This document shows, in pieces, positions 50,898 to 64,000 of a DNA stretch of 64,000 bases (the stretch's first letter is position 1; every line of letters starts with the position of its first letter). Below the pieces are notes generated by a model. It was not told where the DNA came from. It saw nothing but the letters and a program-made list of their open reading frames with translations, and made no database searches. The translations under genes and the position numbers were made by a program. Origin of the DNA: Tubulanus polymorphus (lineage: Eukaryota > Animalia > Nemertea); NCBI RefSeq assembly GCF_964204645.1, contig NC_134031.1, forward strand, positions 17,471,807 to 17,535,806. The letters run 5' to 3'.

Positions 50898-53800
50898 ATA
50901 ACCGATAGTCGGTATGAAAACACATGTACCTGTAACGAAATTCTAAGTTACAGTTTTAATAGAAACACAAGTTACAGTTTATTTGTATTCTGCTAAAATA
51001 TGATTTCCTACCGAGTACAATGCGTTTAGGTCAGAAACGGCTAAATTATCGATGTCCTGGTTCAAAATAATAATGATCAAATACGATGATGCATTCTAAT
51101 CAAACGTCTGCTAATAATCTATACACATTGCTTTGATGGTCGACGCGGGTTCCTGCGGGTTATGTTGATTCAGGAATCTCTGAATATCCAGATCAATATG
51201 CTCGGAAACGAATAGTTAAATGTAGCGTTGATTCCAGTCATCTACGTCTGCTGTTTTATTTTGCTGCCGTAAAAAGGATATTTGTTCAGGCCGTCAGCGA
51301 AAGTATTTTCCTATGAATCGCTCGAGGAATGTTGATTTCCAGCAATCTACGTCATTTCAGCTGTGTATCATTTTTCGTTTCATTTATTAGCCAGGTAGAC
51401 GGCGTATCTCGGCGATATTTTTTTCATAATCCCCAATCCAACCCAGTGAATATATACTTATCGCGGTAAGCAAAGATATCGGAATACTCGGATTTCAGGT
51501 CAGTTTATAACGTACGGATTATCTCGACAATCCTGAATTATGCAGGACACGAAAATGCAACGGGGAATGAAATAAGACCGCCGCCTTCAGGATTTTTAGC
51601 CGAAGATTTCTAAGCTAACCAAAACTTGTATCCGATAAAGAAATTTCATGTTTCCTTTGCTTTAGGCGAAGATAAAATGATACCTTGTTTCTCTAAATCA
51701 GCCGGGCCACTTTTGTAAACTGCAATAAGATTGATCCAGTTCATTTCTTTAGCTGGTTCTGCTATCGCTTTCTTCATTATGATTTTGAAATAGTAACGCA
51801 GAGAGAGTAGATAGGCGGCCGGGTCAACTTTCAAATCGTCAGAAATGAAAAACGAGGTTTCAATTTGTTTAGCCTTGTACATTCATTTTTGATAATCTAT
51901 ACTGAAATCGATTTTAAGTTGTTATAGCGTATGAAGTTCCCTATTTTATAAGAAAATGGAGCCGTTTATTGGACAGTTGCCGATACTCACAGCTAAGGGA
52001 ATATCGTAATTTTCCCCCAGTGGGTGATATGAAAACCTGCGTATATATATCGGTGATGATCAGCTATCATTTCAGAATAACGCCTACAAGACAATAACGT
52101 GATAGTTTTCTTCCACATGAATGAATGTCCACGACTGATATCTGTTTGCGCATTCAACTACATATACATATATATCCGTGTTCGAATTAAGGCTCCACGA
52201 ACAGACAGATACCGGTAAAAACGCCCTAGGAATTACAATCGAAGGAAGCGTAAAGCCGACTTTTAAGTCAGGACGCGAGTCAAGCCCAACGCCCACGAGG
52301 GTGACATGAAATTAATCTTATAAACGTTAAAAGGTTTCTTCATGCATTCCTTCATCTTAAATGTTTGTATTTGTTATATATACTATTGTGCGATTATCAT
52401 AATTAAGAATGGAAAATAGAATTGTCATTATTAACGTCATTAACGCACACGACGCAGGGAAACGCAGAAACACGAAAACAAACATGTGTGATCTGGAAAA
52501 CGTTGTTGACAAAACCATGTTTCTCATTACCATGTTTCTCGTTAACGTACGCGACAGAGAAACATGTTTCTGTCTCCTGTTTCCGCCTCCGTCTGTGCTA
52601 GGCTTTTAGAATCCCCTCGAAACCTTACGCTAACGGTAGTAATTTTCCCTTCATATTATATAACTTTCAAATCGAATCTAAAAACACTGGAACTGGTATC
52701 TTAAAAAAAAAACAACAAAAAACCAACCAAAAATTTGAAATAAAAAAAACTTTTTTAAGGACAATAGTCAACTGGGATGGTGTGCTACATGATTCAATAA
52801 TTTATCATTACTCGAAATTGTTATACGCCTCCAACGACGAAAATAATTCACTCGCTTTTAAAATTTTACGACTTCTGGGGAGAGACATCGAAACACACTT
52901 AACACGAACGCAATCGCAGCGTGTAGAACGCACTGTAATTAGCGACCCAGATTTCCCACGATTGATCACGCCCCATATTCCGTTGAAAAATCCTCTTGTT
53001 CCCGAACTGCAAAAATCGATGGTTGTTGTTTATTTTTGAACACGACCGAACGCCATGTGTTGATACGGATTCTAAAATGTCAATAACAAGGCTAGGCGCA
53101 GAGGTTGTCTGACTAAAGTCTTATAGGGATCACAATCCTTCATTAGAAAGACATCGACGTTAAATGCGCTATACATGTCTTTAGTTTCATATCAATGAAA
53201 ATCGTCTGCTGAAAAATAACCGCGCAGCTATGTGACATTGATCGTCTCTCTATCCAAGACCGCCAGCCCGTCCTTAAAATCTGCTTTTGAAATTTGATTT
53301 TTAACTCGTGATGCGAGCGGTTTGTCGTCGTGTCACGTGACTATTTTGAAGTTGCGCGAAATTGTTCGGAACACTGCGTCTGCGATATAAGATCAAAAAC
53401 GAGCCTCATCTATTCCTACCTTCCTTTCACGTCCAAACGCAAGTCTAAAAAGTAAATCCCATATGAATATTTTCCTTTCTAGATTTTCGCGTAAATGCGT
53501 AGAAATAATGAACCGCTGCCACGAACACAATTAACGGGATTTACTAATGTTTTAATGTCCTTTATGTTTCCATCGATCGAATCTTTACATATTCTGCATC
53601 AGGTAAAATAAGTTTGAAACGAGATACTGCATTTTGGATCAAAGACTATGAGATCAGGGAATTCAGATTTGCTATTAATTAAATTTTCCATCATTTGGGG
53701 AGATTTTTCATTAAATAAATGCTTTGAAAAAGTCACCACTGTTCTCCAAACTGAGTTGAACATTTGCAGGTTTTCTTCCTGAACTGTACTGTTACCAAGT

Positions 53801-54868
53801 TGTTGCAATTACCTGCAACGTTCGGCGACCTCCTGTCGTCAATTTACAGGGACGATGAGGTATTCGCATTGCACACGGGATTTCTACGGTTTCGAGACAT
53901 ACGATACGATCTGACACGGGTTTCCTCAGATCTTTAAGCGCCCACCAGTGTTAAGCACCGACTCTCCCTTCTTTTTACTTCCCAGCGATTTAATCAACAG
54001 ACCACGTACTCGGGAAACGAACGCATTTCCGAAAATTCCGAAACAGAAAGTTCGCATTGGTGTTTCGACGTCGTCAAACGACCTTTTCCGTTGCGGCTAT
54101 TTATAAAAATATACGGACCACACTGACATAGTCATGTCGTTCCTTGTTTTATTTATAGGAAACATCGATCCTTATTGGTGTTTGTAGAAACTGCTTGGAT
54201 CCATTTCGTCTTTCATTCGATAAGACGCTTTAAGATCATCAAAATCTGGATGCTTCAAAACGGCGATAATGGCTTGATCTCAACATTCACTGCAATACAG
54301 TCTCCTATATACCTTTATATGACCAGTGGAAAGAGTTGGTATTCTACATGTAATTTGGCAAGATGTATTTTCCGAGGTTATTTCGGATCGAACCCCGTTA
54401 TAAGTAATGTGTACTGGTCGTTATTTTCATAATGAGAAATTATTGTTACGACAGCAAATGCACTAAGTCCAAAAATAAACGAAAAATTTACGAGTAGATT
54501 AGCGTTCCTTCGCCATCGTGCAGACTTTGTTCCGTCGGTCCTCTGAATACCACCTGAAATTTCCGTATGTATACCGTGCGGCAATTGAAGCGACAAAAAG
54601 CATTAAGATGTGACCAGAATAGATTATGACAGTCATGTTGCATATTCAAATAAACGATGAGGGTTCAAAAGGATAAACTTCCTACGCATTTACATTTCCG
54701 GAATACATGTCTACCGTAATAGGCTATGCCTTTTGTTTTATGAATTAATGTATGCAACATGTTCATCCTACCTGTTGTTCTTTTTTTTTTATTCGCGATA
54801 ACTACGTTGGCGTTTAACGACGAGGGCTGACGAGCGGATGCTGGATTCTTACTGGCGCGCACATTTCG

Positions 54869-54893
54869 TGACGTCATTCTTCAGAACTTAAAA
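54869..54893 (+). promoter_or_regulatory. CRE palindrome and TATA-like element upstream of the NWFamide exon
   Basis: TGACGTCA at 54869-54876 and CTTAAAA at 54887-54893, ~140-160 bp before the ATG. A TGACG half-site lies at ~54828. Confidence 0.6.
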
Positions 54894-55031
54894 CTTCGAT
54901 GGCGCTACGATTCGCACCAGACCACAATTCCAGCGCGTGAAAACCATCCGTCGTAAGGCTGATCCTCATCGCATAAGATCAAGACGTGTGAATTATCTCT
55001 CAAATCTTTGGACGTTAAAGCTCACGAGAAA

Positions 55032-55116
55032 ATGATGTCCCGAGCAGTTTTCATAGCTTTCTTCCTCATGGCCGTCGTGGTGACAGTGTCCCAAGCGAAC
55101 TGGTTCGGAAAGAGAG
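55032..55116 (+). CDS. First coding exon of an NdWFamide-type neuropeptide precursor (signal peptide + NWF-GKR)
   Basis: AAAATG context, then MMSRAVFIAFFLMAVVVTVSQA-NWF-G-KR and a consensus donor AG|GTAAGT (phase 1). It has a hydrophobic core and an S-Q-A signal-peptidase site immediately before NWFG-KR. The downstream exon is uncertain. Confidence 0.88.
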
Positions 55117-58100
55117 GTAAGTAGCGGCTTTTGAAATTAAACATGTCTCGATTTCTTGGTTAGGTTGAACAAAGACGTTAAAAAACCTGATGATTAGAAT
55201 ATGCAGTTCTGAATTAAACCTCGCCTTACTCGGCAGCCAGGCTACCGGGACCGGAAAAAATTGACCGAGGTCCCGTAAGCAAAGTTAAGGATCGGAAAAA
55301 TAAGATGCGAAATCAGAAAATGATTTCGTTTCAATCCATTCGTCTAAAGTTCTAGTTTGTTTGGGTATGTCCGAGTAAGGCCAAGGTTTACTGTCACAGC
55401 GTATACTATTTGGAAAATTGAATACTTAGCGCAATGAAGAAAGGTAAAAAAGGTTACGTTAAGTCGAGAAGATGCACACAATATCCGTAAATATACACGA
55501 GAAAAATCCCACAATAAATTCCGCTAAAGATGAACAGTTCTTGAATAGAAATATGTATTCTTTGGCTGAATTATTTGAGGGATTTCTCTCGTATGTTTCT
55601 ATACGTTTGTTAGCAAGATTCGAAATTTTGCTTGTTACATAGAATAAAGAGTCGCCAGATAATTCTATTAATCCTATTGAATCATATTTTATGAATAGTT
55701 AAAAAAGAAGCATATACTTTAATGATTGTCAGAATTACCATCAGAATCATAAACAACGCGTTCATTTGAACTTTTAAACTTGTGCCTTCAAAGAAAGTTG
55801 GCTCGCGCGTCGTTAACGCTTTGAAGTCTCAGAGAAATCTCCAGTTACAAGTCACTTATCGATATTTCGAAACAGAACTCACAATGGAAGGATGCTGCTA
55901 TTGATATCATCCATCTCGTGGTGGAAGAAAAATATTCAAAACATGACGATGACTCAAATCACAGATTTGCCAGTTCCGCGAAGTATCACCTCATGTATAC
56001 GAAACTGAACATGTAAAGACAATTTGCCTCAACTTAGTTTGGTTACGATATTGCTTATGTTCCGCGTAATGCATCAGTCGCATTTGAAGATTTAATTGCG
56101 CTGACCAGTTTAATCTTACGTCCTTCGCGTATGGTTTCATCTGAATGCTCTGCATATTAAGTAGACCCATTATTTCCTATTCCTCATACTTTTTAGATGT
56201 TCTTACTACTGTTCTTTTTGTCATTGCACCGATGTATTTGAACATAATCTCAAAGTGTTAAGTTTAGAACAAATTCTAACTCCATCATATTTCCCATATA
56301 CGTATATACCAATTTGTATAGATATGATGTTTAGATCAATCTATACGATACATGTGTTACGCCTTTATATAAAGCGAATTGGGATGCCATATATGTATCA
56401 TCGTTGGTCAATCAGCAATTCTTGACCTTGTTGGCAATTAATCTATCAGCCATGACATGTTTCGCTTATCCACGAATCGCGGGATGCTTTAAGAAGATAT
56501 AATTGAATACCTTGTGCACGTTATTTTTATTCTGATATATTCAAGAACAAGTTTAATCCGGCCCTGTGTATAATGGCGATAATTTGATACTTCTTCTGTC
56601 GGCATGATCAAAGAAATTCGAAAGAAAACTATTTGCGGTTTTACATACGGAATAGCCAATCGGTGCTTTTATTTCGGATCACGTGGTCATACCGCACGTC
56701 GGTCGACCAATGAAAAGTTATTCGTCGATCTCCGAGCAACTTTTCTTTAAAAAGTACGTTCAATTTAAAGTAAGGAAATTTAGAATTATGAAACTACCCT
56801 CGGAATAAAGTTTGGGACGCCTCCGTTGCTCGTAAAGTCAATCTACTGATTCATTCACTCCATCGTATGCGTGAATAATCATTTTTTTTTATTACCATAT
56901 TGATGCTTTGGTGGACGTGCCATCATACATCATAACTAGAATTTCGACAATTACGCAATATCTGCGAACTATCGGCAACAGAGTTCACCTGAAAGGGGGC
57001 ATTTATGCACACAGTTCTTGAAATGCTTGGATTTTTTAGAAAATTATTTCTGAAAATAACGAACTTCAAAGTTCAGTACCCTTGATTTCTATGCGCACGG
57101 CAAAAACTGACCACCGATTTTTATATCGCTCTCATGTCGCATTGTTGTAATTTTGAGAAATGATTTTTACATAACTGAAAACTAGAGATTCACGCGGTTT
57201 GAATGTTGCTGAAACTGTCAAAATCCATCCATGGACAGATGAAATATGATACAACACGCATCACAGATAGTTTTTAAAAAAGAGAAAAAAATGACCCAAC
57301 AATACGGGACAAAAGTACCATAACAAAATGGCGGCTAGCAACTGTAAAATGGTTTATTGTTCGTCGTTTTACCCGCGTTAGCACCCGGTGATATACGATT
57401 TATACGCAATTCAATGAACAAAATACACTAGAGATTTGAAATACCGTCTGGTTTGTTTCATCAATACATGGTGCGGTATTCGTCTGAACTCCTAATCACC
57501 CGCACTCCCACACCTTTATCCGATTTCAAAGGTATAGCTTAGTTTAGTTGTCAATTGGTTATGATTGTCATCGTCAAAGTTAATTAGATATACCGAGTTC
57601 ATTTTGCTTTTTGTCCACAAACCTGTCATCACCGGCCGCTAAAATAACAACGAAGCTTATTTTGCCCGACACGCTTTTTTGTGAAATGTTCGTTTCGACG
57701 CGCAAAAATGAATCCGAATTGCGGGAAAATTGGGAATAGACAAAGTCGCGTAGCGAGTGGCTTTGATACCGATTTTCTCTATGATTTTTCAAACCCATAA
57801 TGAGATTTGAGTGCGAGTAATGTGAACTGTCGAAATGGGGATAGTGGTTGTAGATTGGATTTGCCGAGAACCGGATATGATATGGATTTTCTTCGAGCTT
57901 TCCTAAATCTGCCTGGCATGGATTCGCGCGGCCGCTCCCAAAGGGATTCCTAATCCCGCATTGTAAGGTGAAATAGAAAAAAAAAAGAAAAACGATGTTC
58001 TTAATGTTGAAATCAGTTTGAGGCATCGCCGAAATACATAAAGCAGACGGTGGAGTTGTGTTACTTTACAATTATTCTGTACTTCACTTCTTGGAAAGTC

Positions 58101-61100
58101 TCCACAGACAATGTTTTCCTCCAGGGGCGGATACAAGGGGATGGTGCAGGGGGTGCGCACCCCCTAAAATGTAAATGGCTCAATTCTACAGGGAAAATTA
58201 AGAATGTTAAATTGATACCTAAAGAGTTTGTTAAGCTTTTGTGTATTTCCAAAAAAATTGAGTTAATGTTTTCCGATGAGCTTTCTTTCGGGGGGGGGGG
58301 GGGGTTGCCCACGGAACCGAATGTTTGTTAGTTGGAACACTGATCTGGAAATGGACGACCACGGGATTCAGCATGTCCGCTGTTGTTCGGACTTAGTTTC
58401 AAGATGGCCGACACTGTAAAAAACGTTACGACCGAGCTAGAGTGCGTCCGGTAAAGTTGTGACTTAGTAGACTAGCTACGAAAACCGAAGGTTGGCTTGG
58501 TTGCCAATATTTCCTACCACAGGTGATGGTCACTTGAGGTTCAACCTCTAGTTTGCAGGTATAAAGGAAGAAATGGTGATTATATGTAAAGCTAGTTCTT
58601 CATAATTCGAAAACGAAGTCAGATTGAAATATCAAGAAATGTGTAGCAAATAAAAGGAAAATGGGGAAAAAATTGTAGGTGTTACCATTTCGTCACGGAT
58701 TGTCGTTCTTTGCGAGAATTATTCTCGCGTGATTACTTAAGCATGCAGACGATCTTTGAGAAACCACGTGTAACGTTTACAGATCAATGTCAACAGACGA
58801 GAATCACATCGACACCTGAAAAACTGGATGTGACAGATCGGGTTTTTTTCAAACTCGAACCATTCATTTGATCATAGCAAACAGCCGAACTTTCTTATGT
58901 ATTTGATTTTTCTCTGCAAAACAAAAAGCAAAATACTGTAACTTGAAAAACGTTGTTCGCCTTTGCAACGATGGGCACACAACAAAAATGTTAAAGAATT
59001 ACTGCTTTTCACGCGTTACGCGATATCATCAATAAATGCACAAGCCTCTGTCGATATCGATCATAAACGAATTTTTAACGAACAGATTATACTCAATTTC
59101 AATACCAAATTCATGGCGGTACGTAGGCCTACAATGCCATGATGATTGAAACCTTAAGATGAATGACGAAATAAAATTTCCAAATCCTTTTAGAAAAACT
59201 TAAGAGTGGATCTGTTTTGAACATGAGCACTTGTAGAAAGTGGAAATTTGAGATTTTTGGTCAATTTCCCAGGGACGCTGCTTAACTGCGTAGATAAATA
59301 GTATCGATCAGCCAATCCTTATTATCCATAAATAAACAACGAACATGGAAAACCATTCTCCGAAAACTTTTTTCGTTTCTTTTGACGGCAGATTTTGTCC
59401 TCGAAATAGAACGAACTAAAACCCAACAGCAACCCCGGGGATATTTAGACAATGGCGCCGAAATCTGGTGACGCGCATCGATCGGAGTTTGTAACCCAAC
59501 TCTTTACTAGCTGTTGATGTTGCAAACTAATACTTATCCCATTCAGGTCTGGAAATCCGGTACAGATGCTATCGACAACGCAAAGTCTATTATTTATTCG
59601 CTCCGACCGACGAGCGACGGTATACGGGGATCTAAACTATTGAATAATTGACGAAAAACATGAGAATTAATATCGCAAAATCCGACAGAAAGTTTACAAG
59701 AGATTTTATTCCCCTTAATCTATCAGCTCGTCTGCGCATGCCGATATTAGGTCATCTCAGAGAATTGTCACGTGATGGTATCCAGTAACCGACTTCAATG
59801 AAGATTTTTCAAAAGAAAAAAAATACGTTTGAAACGAATATCTGTGACTAGGTTCTCGAGCTAAAACTTCTCTCCAGATAATGAGTGGCTTATATTGCAA
59901 GTTTGTTATTGTTTTACAAAGAGATGCTTTTTACGAGACCTTTTGTTTTATTCGATATAAAGAATTGCTATAGTTCAAAAGAAACAATCTTCTTCGCTTC
60001 TATCCTTTTGAGTTTTAGTTACGCATACATTACATCTCGAATGGAATCTCCAATCAAACGCATAAGGCGCCGAGAAATCTTACCGGGTGAATTGGATTTT
60101 CATATGATACCCCGGAAAGTTTTTATCAGCAAATTACGTGTGCAGGCCTCGATTTTTTTCTCATATTTCATTGTTCTCGATAGATGAAAAATCAACATAC
60201 ATCCGATATCTCAAGACGTCATTCGTTTGAAATAATCAGTCGACGCTTTCGTAATTCCGAATGAACTCGGTTGCGGGATAATGACTTTCCTTTCGTATAT
60301 ACATAGAACAAACTTATCGGGTTTATTGAGCAAGTATATACACATATGCGATAACTATCTGTCTCAGAGGGTGTCGTGTATCGTGCATTGTTCTCCTGGA
60401 CAATCGAATCCGCGCAGGTATGAAATTAATCATCTATACTTTCGCGATTGCGGACTTTTTTGATGTCGTCGCCATTATTAGACGATTCCGCGAATTAAGC
60501 CGAACCCCTGATGCGCCCAGGTACTTCGTACAATACCGAACGTTAGTTATGCGAAATGTGAGCCACCATTTTATGGCGCTATATAATGGCGATTGATGAT
60601 TGCGCATCCCTTTTATTTTTCTGTTAATTATTCACGAAGATGTAGGGAAATTACAGTACATGGAAGGATATACCTAGGCCCATACAGAAATAATGTATCG
60701 GTTATGTGCGTTTGATTTAGTGTTTCCATCTTATGAAAATGAAAGAACCATGTTGCAAAACTGAAAGCTATCTTATTTCAATCAGTTCCTATGTCCACCA
60801 TCACTCTATTTACTTTACTCTGCTTACTTTAATCTGCATTGAAAGTTCCGAGTCGAGATGGAAGTCAGAGATTGCAATCGAAATCTGGCGTCAGGTTTCA
60901 ATATCTCCCGATGTATCAAGTTTATTTTCGACGAATCATTCTTTATTCATTTCTTTTTCTCGAAAAAGCAATACATGATCATCGAGTCTATCTCAGTGCA
61001 ACTCGTATTCGACCGGAGAGAACAGTCTGCGCGCATTATTTCGAGAACGTATGATCGCGCAAGCAGAAGAAAAATTCTAACGTTTGCCTGGAGATTCTAA

Positions 61101-62637
61101 CATTCAGTTTACGGACAAAAACCACCGGTTCTGGCGATGCTGTTACATTCTTTAGTTTATTATTGCAATCGAATCATTTGCTTGATCGCAGTTTATGAGG
61201 CGATAGTTTTGTTCGTTGGAATATATACCTGAGGCGAAGCGCGACAGTCCTCAACTCTAGCAAACATCGGGTCAAGTATTGATGATTTGCAAACTAGCAT
61301 AAAGGAATGTATATATAGCATTATTGAAATTAATTTTACTGAATATATTCCTTCCGAATGAGTTGGTCATTTTAACCTTTTAAACATGAAACATTTACAT
61401 GAGAACAATTTAACGTCTTTGAAGTATGGAATATGTATTGTCTTTAAATGCGCGATTCCGTTGAAACTACGATCATTAATTCTATGAAATTTTCTAAGAA
61501 CTTCTTAGAATTTCTAAGAATAGATAATCAATTTCCCAACTCGTTGACGAATTATTCTCCGTCTCCGTCGACGATCTTTCGATTTTCTTTCCGCAACTTT
61601 TTCGTTCGCTTTATCTTGAGTTGTATAAGCTGGTTGGCTAACTGCACACTTTTTCAATGACCTTGGTATCGATAGAAACAAAATATTGGAAAAAGCACTT
61701 TTTCGGATACACGTTTTTCTAAGATTGCGAAATGCGAGGTCTCGAAAAAATAAATACTTCATCTGCGCAGATTGCGATAAAAACTTAAACAACTTCTCAA
61801 AATAATTAATCACTGTCGAGTCGATATCATTTCACTCGGGTTGAATTACTTTTCTGTAATCAGCATCAGAACCGAAATGTAATACGAAACTGACTTTTTA
61901 GAAGTGCTGATTACATCGCACGCTCCACTCCCGTTACAGCATTTTGGGCTTTTTCGTACTTACAGAAATTCGAGGACTGTAACGATTGTTCGAAAATGTC
62001 ACTGCTATAATAAATAATCTCTGTGTCTGTTTTTAAGTTCCGTCAACAAAGTTTTAAACATTTTCCGTCGTCAGTCTGGTTTTCGGTAAAAAAATGGTTT
62101 TAGCTAAATGTTACAACGTCGAAAATGAACACATGATACTTTGATGAGAAAAATTCAGAAGTTAGTTCTGGCTACATTTTCACCATCTCAAAAATGGGTT
62201 CATCAAGGGTGTATGATGGCTATTTTTATTCATTTAGCGTAGGCAGTAGCGAATTAGACATGAGATCGAGACCTTATAGATATAAGAAACACGTGCCTTT
62301 AAACAAAAAGACTTCAAAGAATCAAATTTCAAAGAGTTTCTACATCACGGGAGACTTAGAACGGCTTTACGTCGTCGGCTTCACACACACTACATGTATA
62401 TGCAATTTATTCATGATCGAAAAGAATCTACAAAGAATCCGCAAGAAGTCGAACTCGAAACGATTGAATACTGAAAGATTTGAAGAGATCTAGATTATCA
62501 TATATCACGTCTATTAAAGCAAATATGTATAAATGTATTAGCATTAGCTCGTACGTCATTCAGTGTCCGATGCTTTTTCTTCGTCCACCAGCAAACATCA
62601 CATGAACAATCGCGTCATCATGTCATTTGTCGAATAA

Positions 62638-62900
62638 TAGCTCCAGGATCAGCCCGCCAACTTTAGGACTTAGGTCATGACTGAACAAGGGCTCTGAATT
62701 TTAAGTTTCGCATACTTCACGTGCAAATGTTAACAGCACAATACTGCCAAAAATATTTCAAATAAACTGCCATTCATGTTTTAGAAATAATATAGGGAGA
62801 AAAAATGATCGTGGTCTAGACACAATATTGGCTCTTTGAAGTCATTTGACTCAGGAGTCGGACTAAAATCCACGCCATGAAACTTTAGGTCCTGGAGCTA
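62638..62900. mobile_element. MITE-like element with short terminal inverted repeats
   Basis: TAGCTCCAGGA ... TCCTGGAGCTA termini, with weaker sub-terminal complementarity; non-coding. Confidence 0.55.
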
Positions 62901-63110
62901 GATTTGCTTTGTTTTATGTTTAATAAGCTCAGATCAATTTCATATTTCGTTCAATGGCGAATGAATTCAATGCGGCTTATAGATACATCGCCTGGGGTTA
63001 CTCCAAGTTTCCTTTTAGCGGTGGATGGAAGGTGGTGAGATTTTTGCCGCCGTAAAAACCGTTACAATATTGTTTGTACACATCGATACCTAGTATACGC
63101 TGTGCGAGTC

Positions 63111-63472
63111 GGTTCTGTGTGACTCGATGTGCATTACGTCATCAATATTGGCGTTTCAAAATAACATTTAGAATTGTGAATTTTGGCGTTTATTTTGTAA
63201 CTAGATATCTCATAACTATATTTTTTTCATAACCGAGATATTTCATAATTTTATATTTGATGAATTTTGATAATCGTTTTTGAGAGGATGCGCACTACGT
63301 CAGCAACATACCGGGACTAGACTGGTTGCCGGTCAATTCAATAATCGATATTCAAGTTCAAAATAACTTGTATAATTGAACCTTTATACCATATCATTTA
63401 CACTATATCATTCATTGTCGACAACATTAAGCAATATATGTGTTATTTTTCAAGGCGTCAATAAACTTTCAA
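63111..63472 (+). repeat. Dispersed repeat family A, copy 2
   Basis: Same ordered blocks and same orientation as 23489-23813. Confidence 0.85.
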
Positions 63473-64000
63473 GTTAGTAGTTTTCTGGTTAGGTTATGAA
63501 TGAAAAGGAATGCCACGTCGCTCCTCAAACGTTGTACGGAGACACCCCCATTAATCCGTCGGAGTATTTTCAGATTGCGGGATGTGCTTACCGTTGTCAG
63601 ATGTCATTTTCAGTGCATCACGCGCGCATATCGCGGAAACTATGTGACTTTTTCGCCAATTTTCTATTGTCAATTGCCATCTGTCAATCTCGCATCGTAA
63701 CTGTCCACTAATGGATCGGGAAATACACAACAATCGTTTTCTTATCGGTTTTCTTCTGCATACCTGGTCAACACCTCGCGAATGCTCTCAATTGAATTCG
63801 TTGGCTTTTTAGCCAATTCCATCATCTTCTTGACAGGTGCGCGAATTCCGAATAACAACTCGTGAAAATGGAAAGAACGATCTTTTCGCGGTATATATGA
63901 TTGGAATTGATTATAGATACCGGTATCATATGAAATGATAGCTTAAACCTTTCGGGGGGGGGGGGGGGCATTCGAATGATCTCTTGTTTAATATCCAATG

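Noticed and set aside
55200-64000. Short ORFs in the track, e.g. 57580-58026
   Set aside because: They have no recognisable domains, many start at non-ATG codons, several overlap repeats, and they form no coherent exon chain. They are treated as intronic or intergenic noise.

Overview
AT-rich, intron-containing animal genomic DNA, probably from a spiralian/lophotrochozoan invertebrate (inferred from the neuropeptide content and many short introns). I reconstructed five protein-coding genes by hand from splice signals. (1) The 3' part of an AKAP7-like 2H phosphoesterase (+, 1102-2372). (2) A ~908-aa multi-copy neuropeptide precursor (-). Its signal-peptide exon is 9477-9548, its large peptide exon is 3862-6516, and a probable 5'UTR exon lies ~16 kb upstream. 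It encodes ~36 related (H/N)(L/I/M)(G/A)-type peptides, including 15 identical NLGSARNFAamide copies. (3) IMP4 (-, 32622-35474). (4) ELYS/AHCTF1 (+, 37315-50289), divergent from IMP4. (5) A small exon absent from the ORF track (+, 55032-55116) encoding a signal peptide followed directly by NWF-GKR, the layout of an NdWFamide (D-Trp tripeptide) precursor, with a perfect CRE upstream. Non-coding sequence holds several MITEs and dispersed repeats, a ~76-bp B-box-containing tandem array between IMP4 and ELYS, and candidate CTCF, RFX, ETS and CRE motifs. Most short ORFs in the supplied track are spurious or exon fragments. All gene models are by-eye predictions without transcript or database support.
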